A stretch of 62,262 nucleotides of DNA, filler included, from Sphacelaria rigidula (lineage: Eukaryota), in NCBI GenBank assembly GCA_964200075.2. It is 4 parts of 4 records of this genome, joined end to end, with 100 filler letters (N's around TTAATTAATTAA, not from the genome) between each part and the next. Parts side by side here need not be neighbours in the genome. Positions count along the whole stretch, not along the records: positions 46,782 to 62,262 come from CAXNAA020001727.1; 3 more parts are not named here. One strand, given 5' to 3'. The first letter of the stretch is position 1. Every line of letters begins with the position of its first letter. Shown here piece after piece: positions 62,201-62,262 of the stretch. The translations under genes and the position numbers were made by a program. Under the pieces are notes generated by a model that made no database searches, was not told where the DNA came from, and saw only the letters and a list, made by a program, of their open reading frames with translations.

Positions 62201-62262
62201 TTCTTCCCACCAAAACACCTCTCTCCCCCATCCTTTCCCCTATTACTCACACAACACAACCA

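Noticed and set aside
526-62231. Most ORFs in the six-frame track as standalone genes
   Set aside because: They are chance ORFs, antisense shadows or repeat translations; real coding sequence is in short spliced exons.

Overview
Eukaryotic, intron-rich DNA of roughly 50% GC, most likely from a brown alga (Phaeophyceae). This is inferred from gene architecture and repeat style and is not proven. The window is not one locus: three identical 100-bp spacers (N44-TTAATTAATTAA-N44) join four scaffolds of 15495, 15494, 15492 and 15481 bp, a size-sorted concatenation. Each scaffold carries one partial multi-exon gene that I spliced by hand with consistent intron phases: (1) dienelactone hydrolase family (minus), (2) FIG4/SAC phosphoinositide phosphatase, 20 exons, 5' end missing (minus), (3) ankyrin + WW + IQ protein (minus), (4) acidic-region kelch-repeat protein (plus). 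The rest is repeats: Harbinger-like and Tc1/pogo-like MITEs, tRNA-derived SINEs, (AATC)n-tailed non-LTR 3' ends, possible KDZ transposase relics and microsatellites. The most unusual signal is a short interspersed family of at least 9 copies. It has a covarying, G-U-supported RNA fold, variable 5' truncation, a 3' poly(C) tail and, in the best copy, a 15-bp CCCCC-initiated flanking duplication. It looks like a retroelement that uses poly(C)/poly(G) where L1 and Alu use poly(A)/poly(T).
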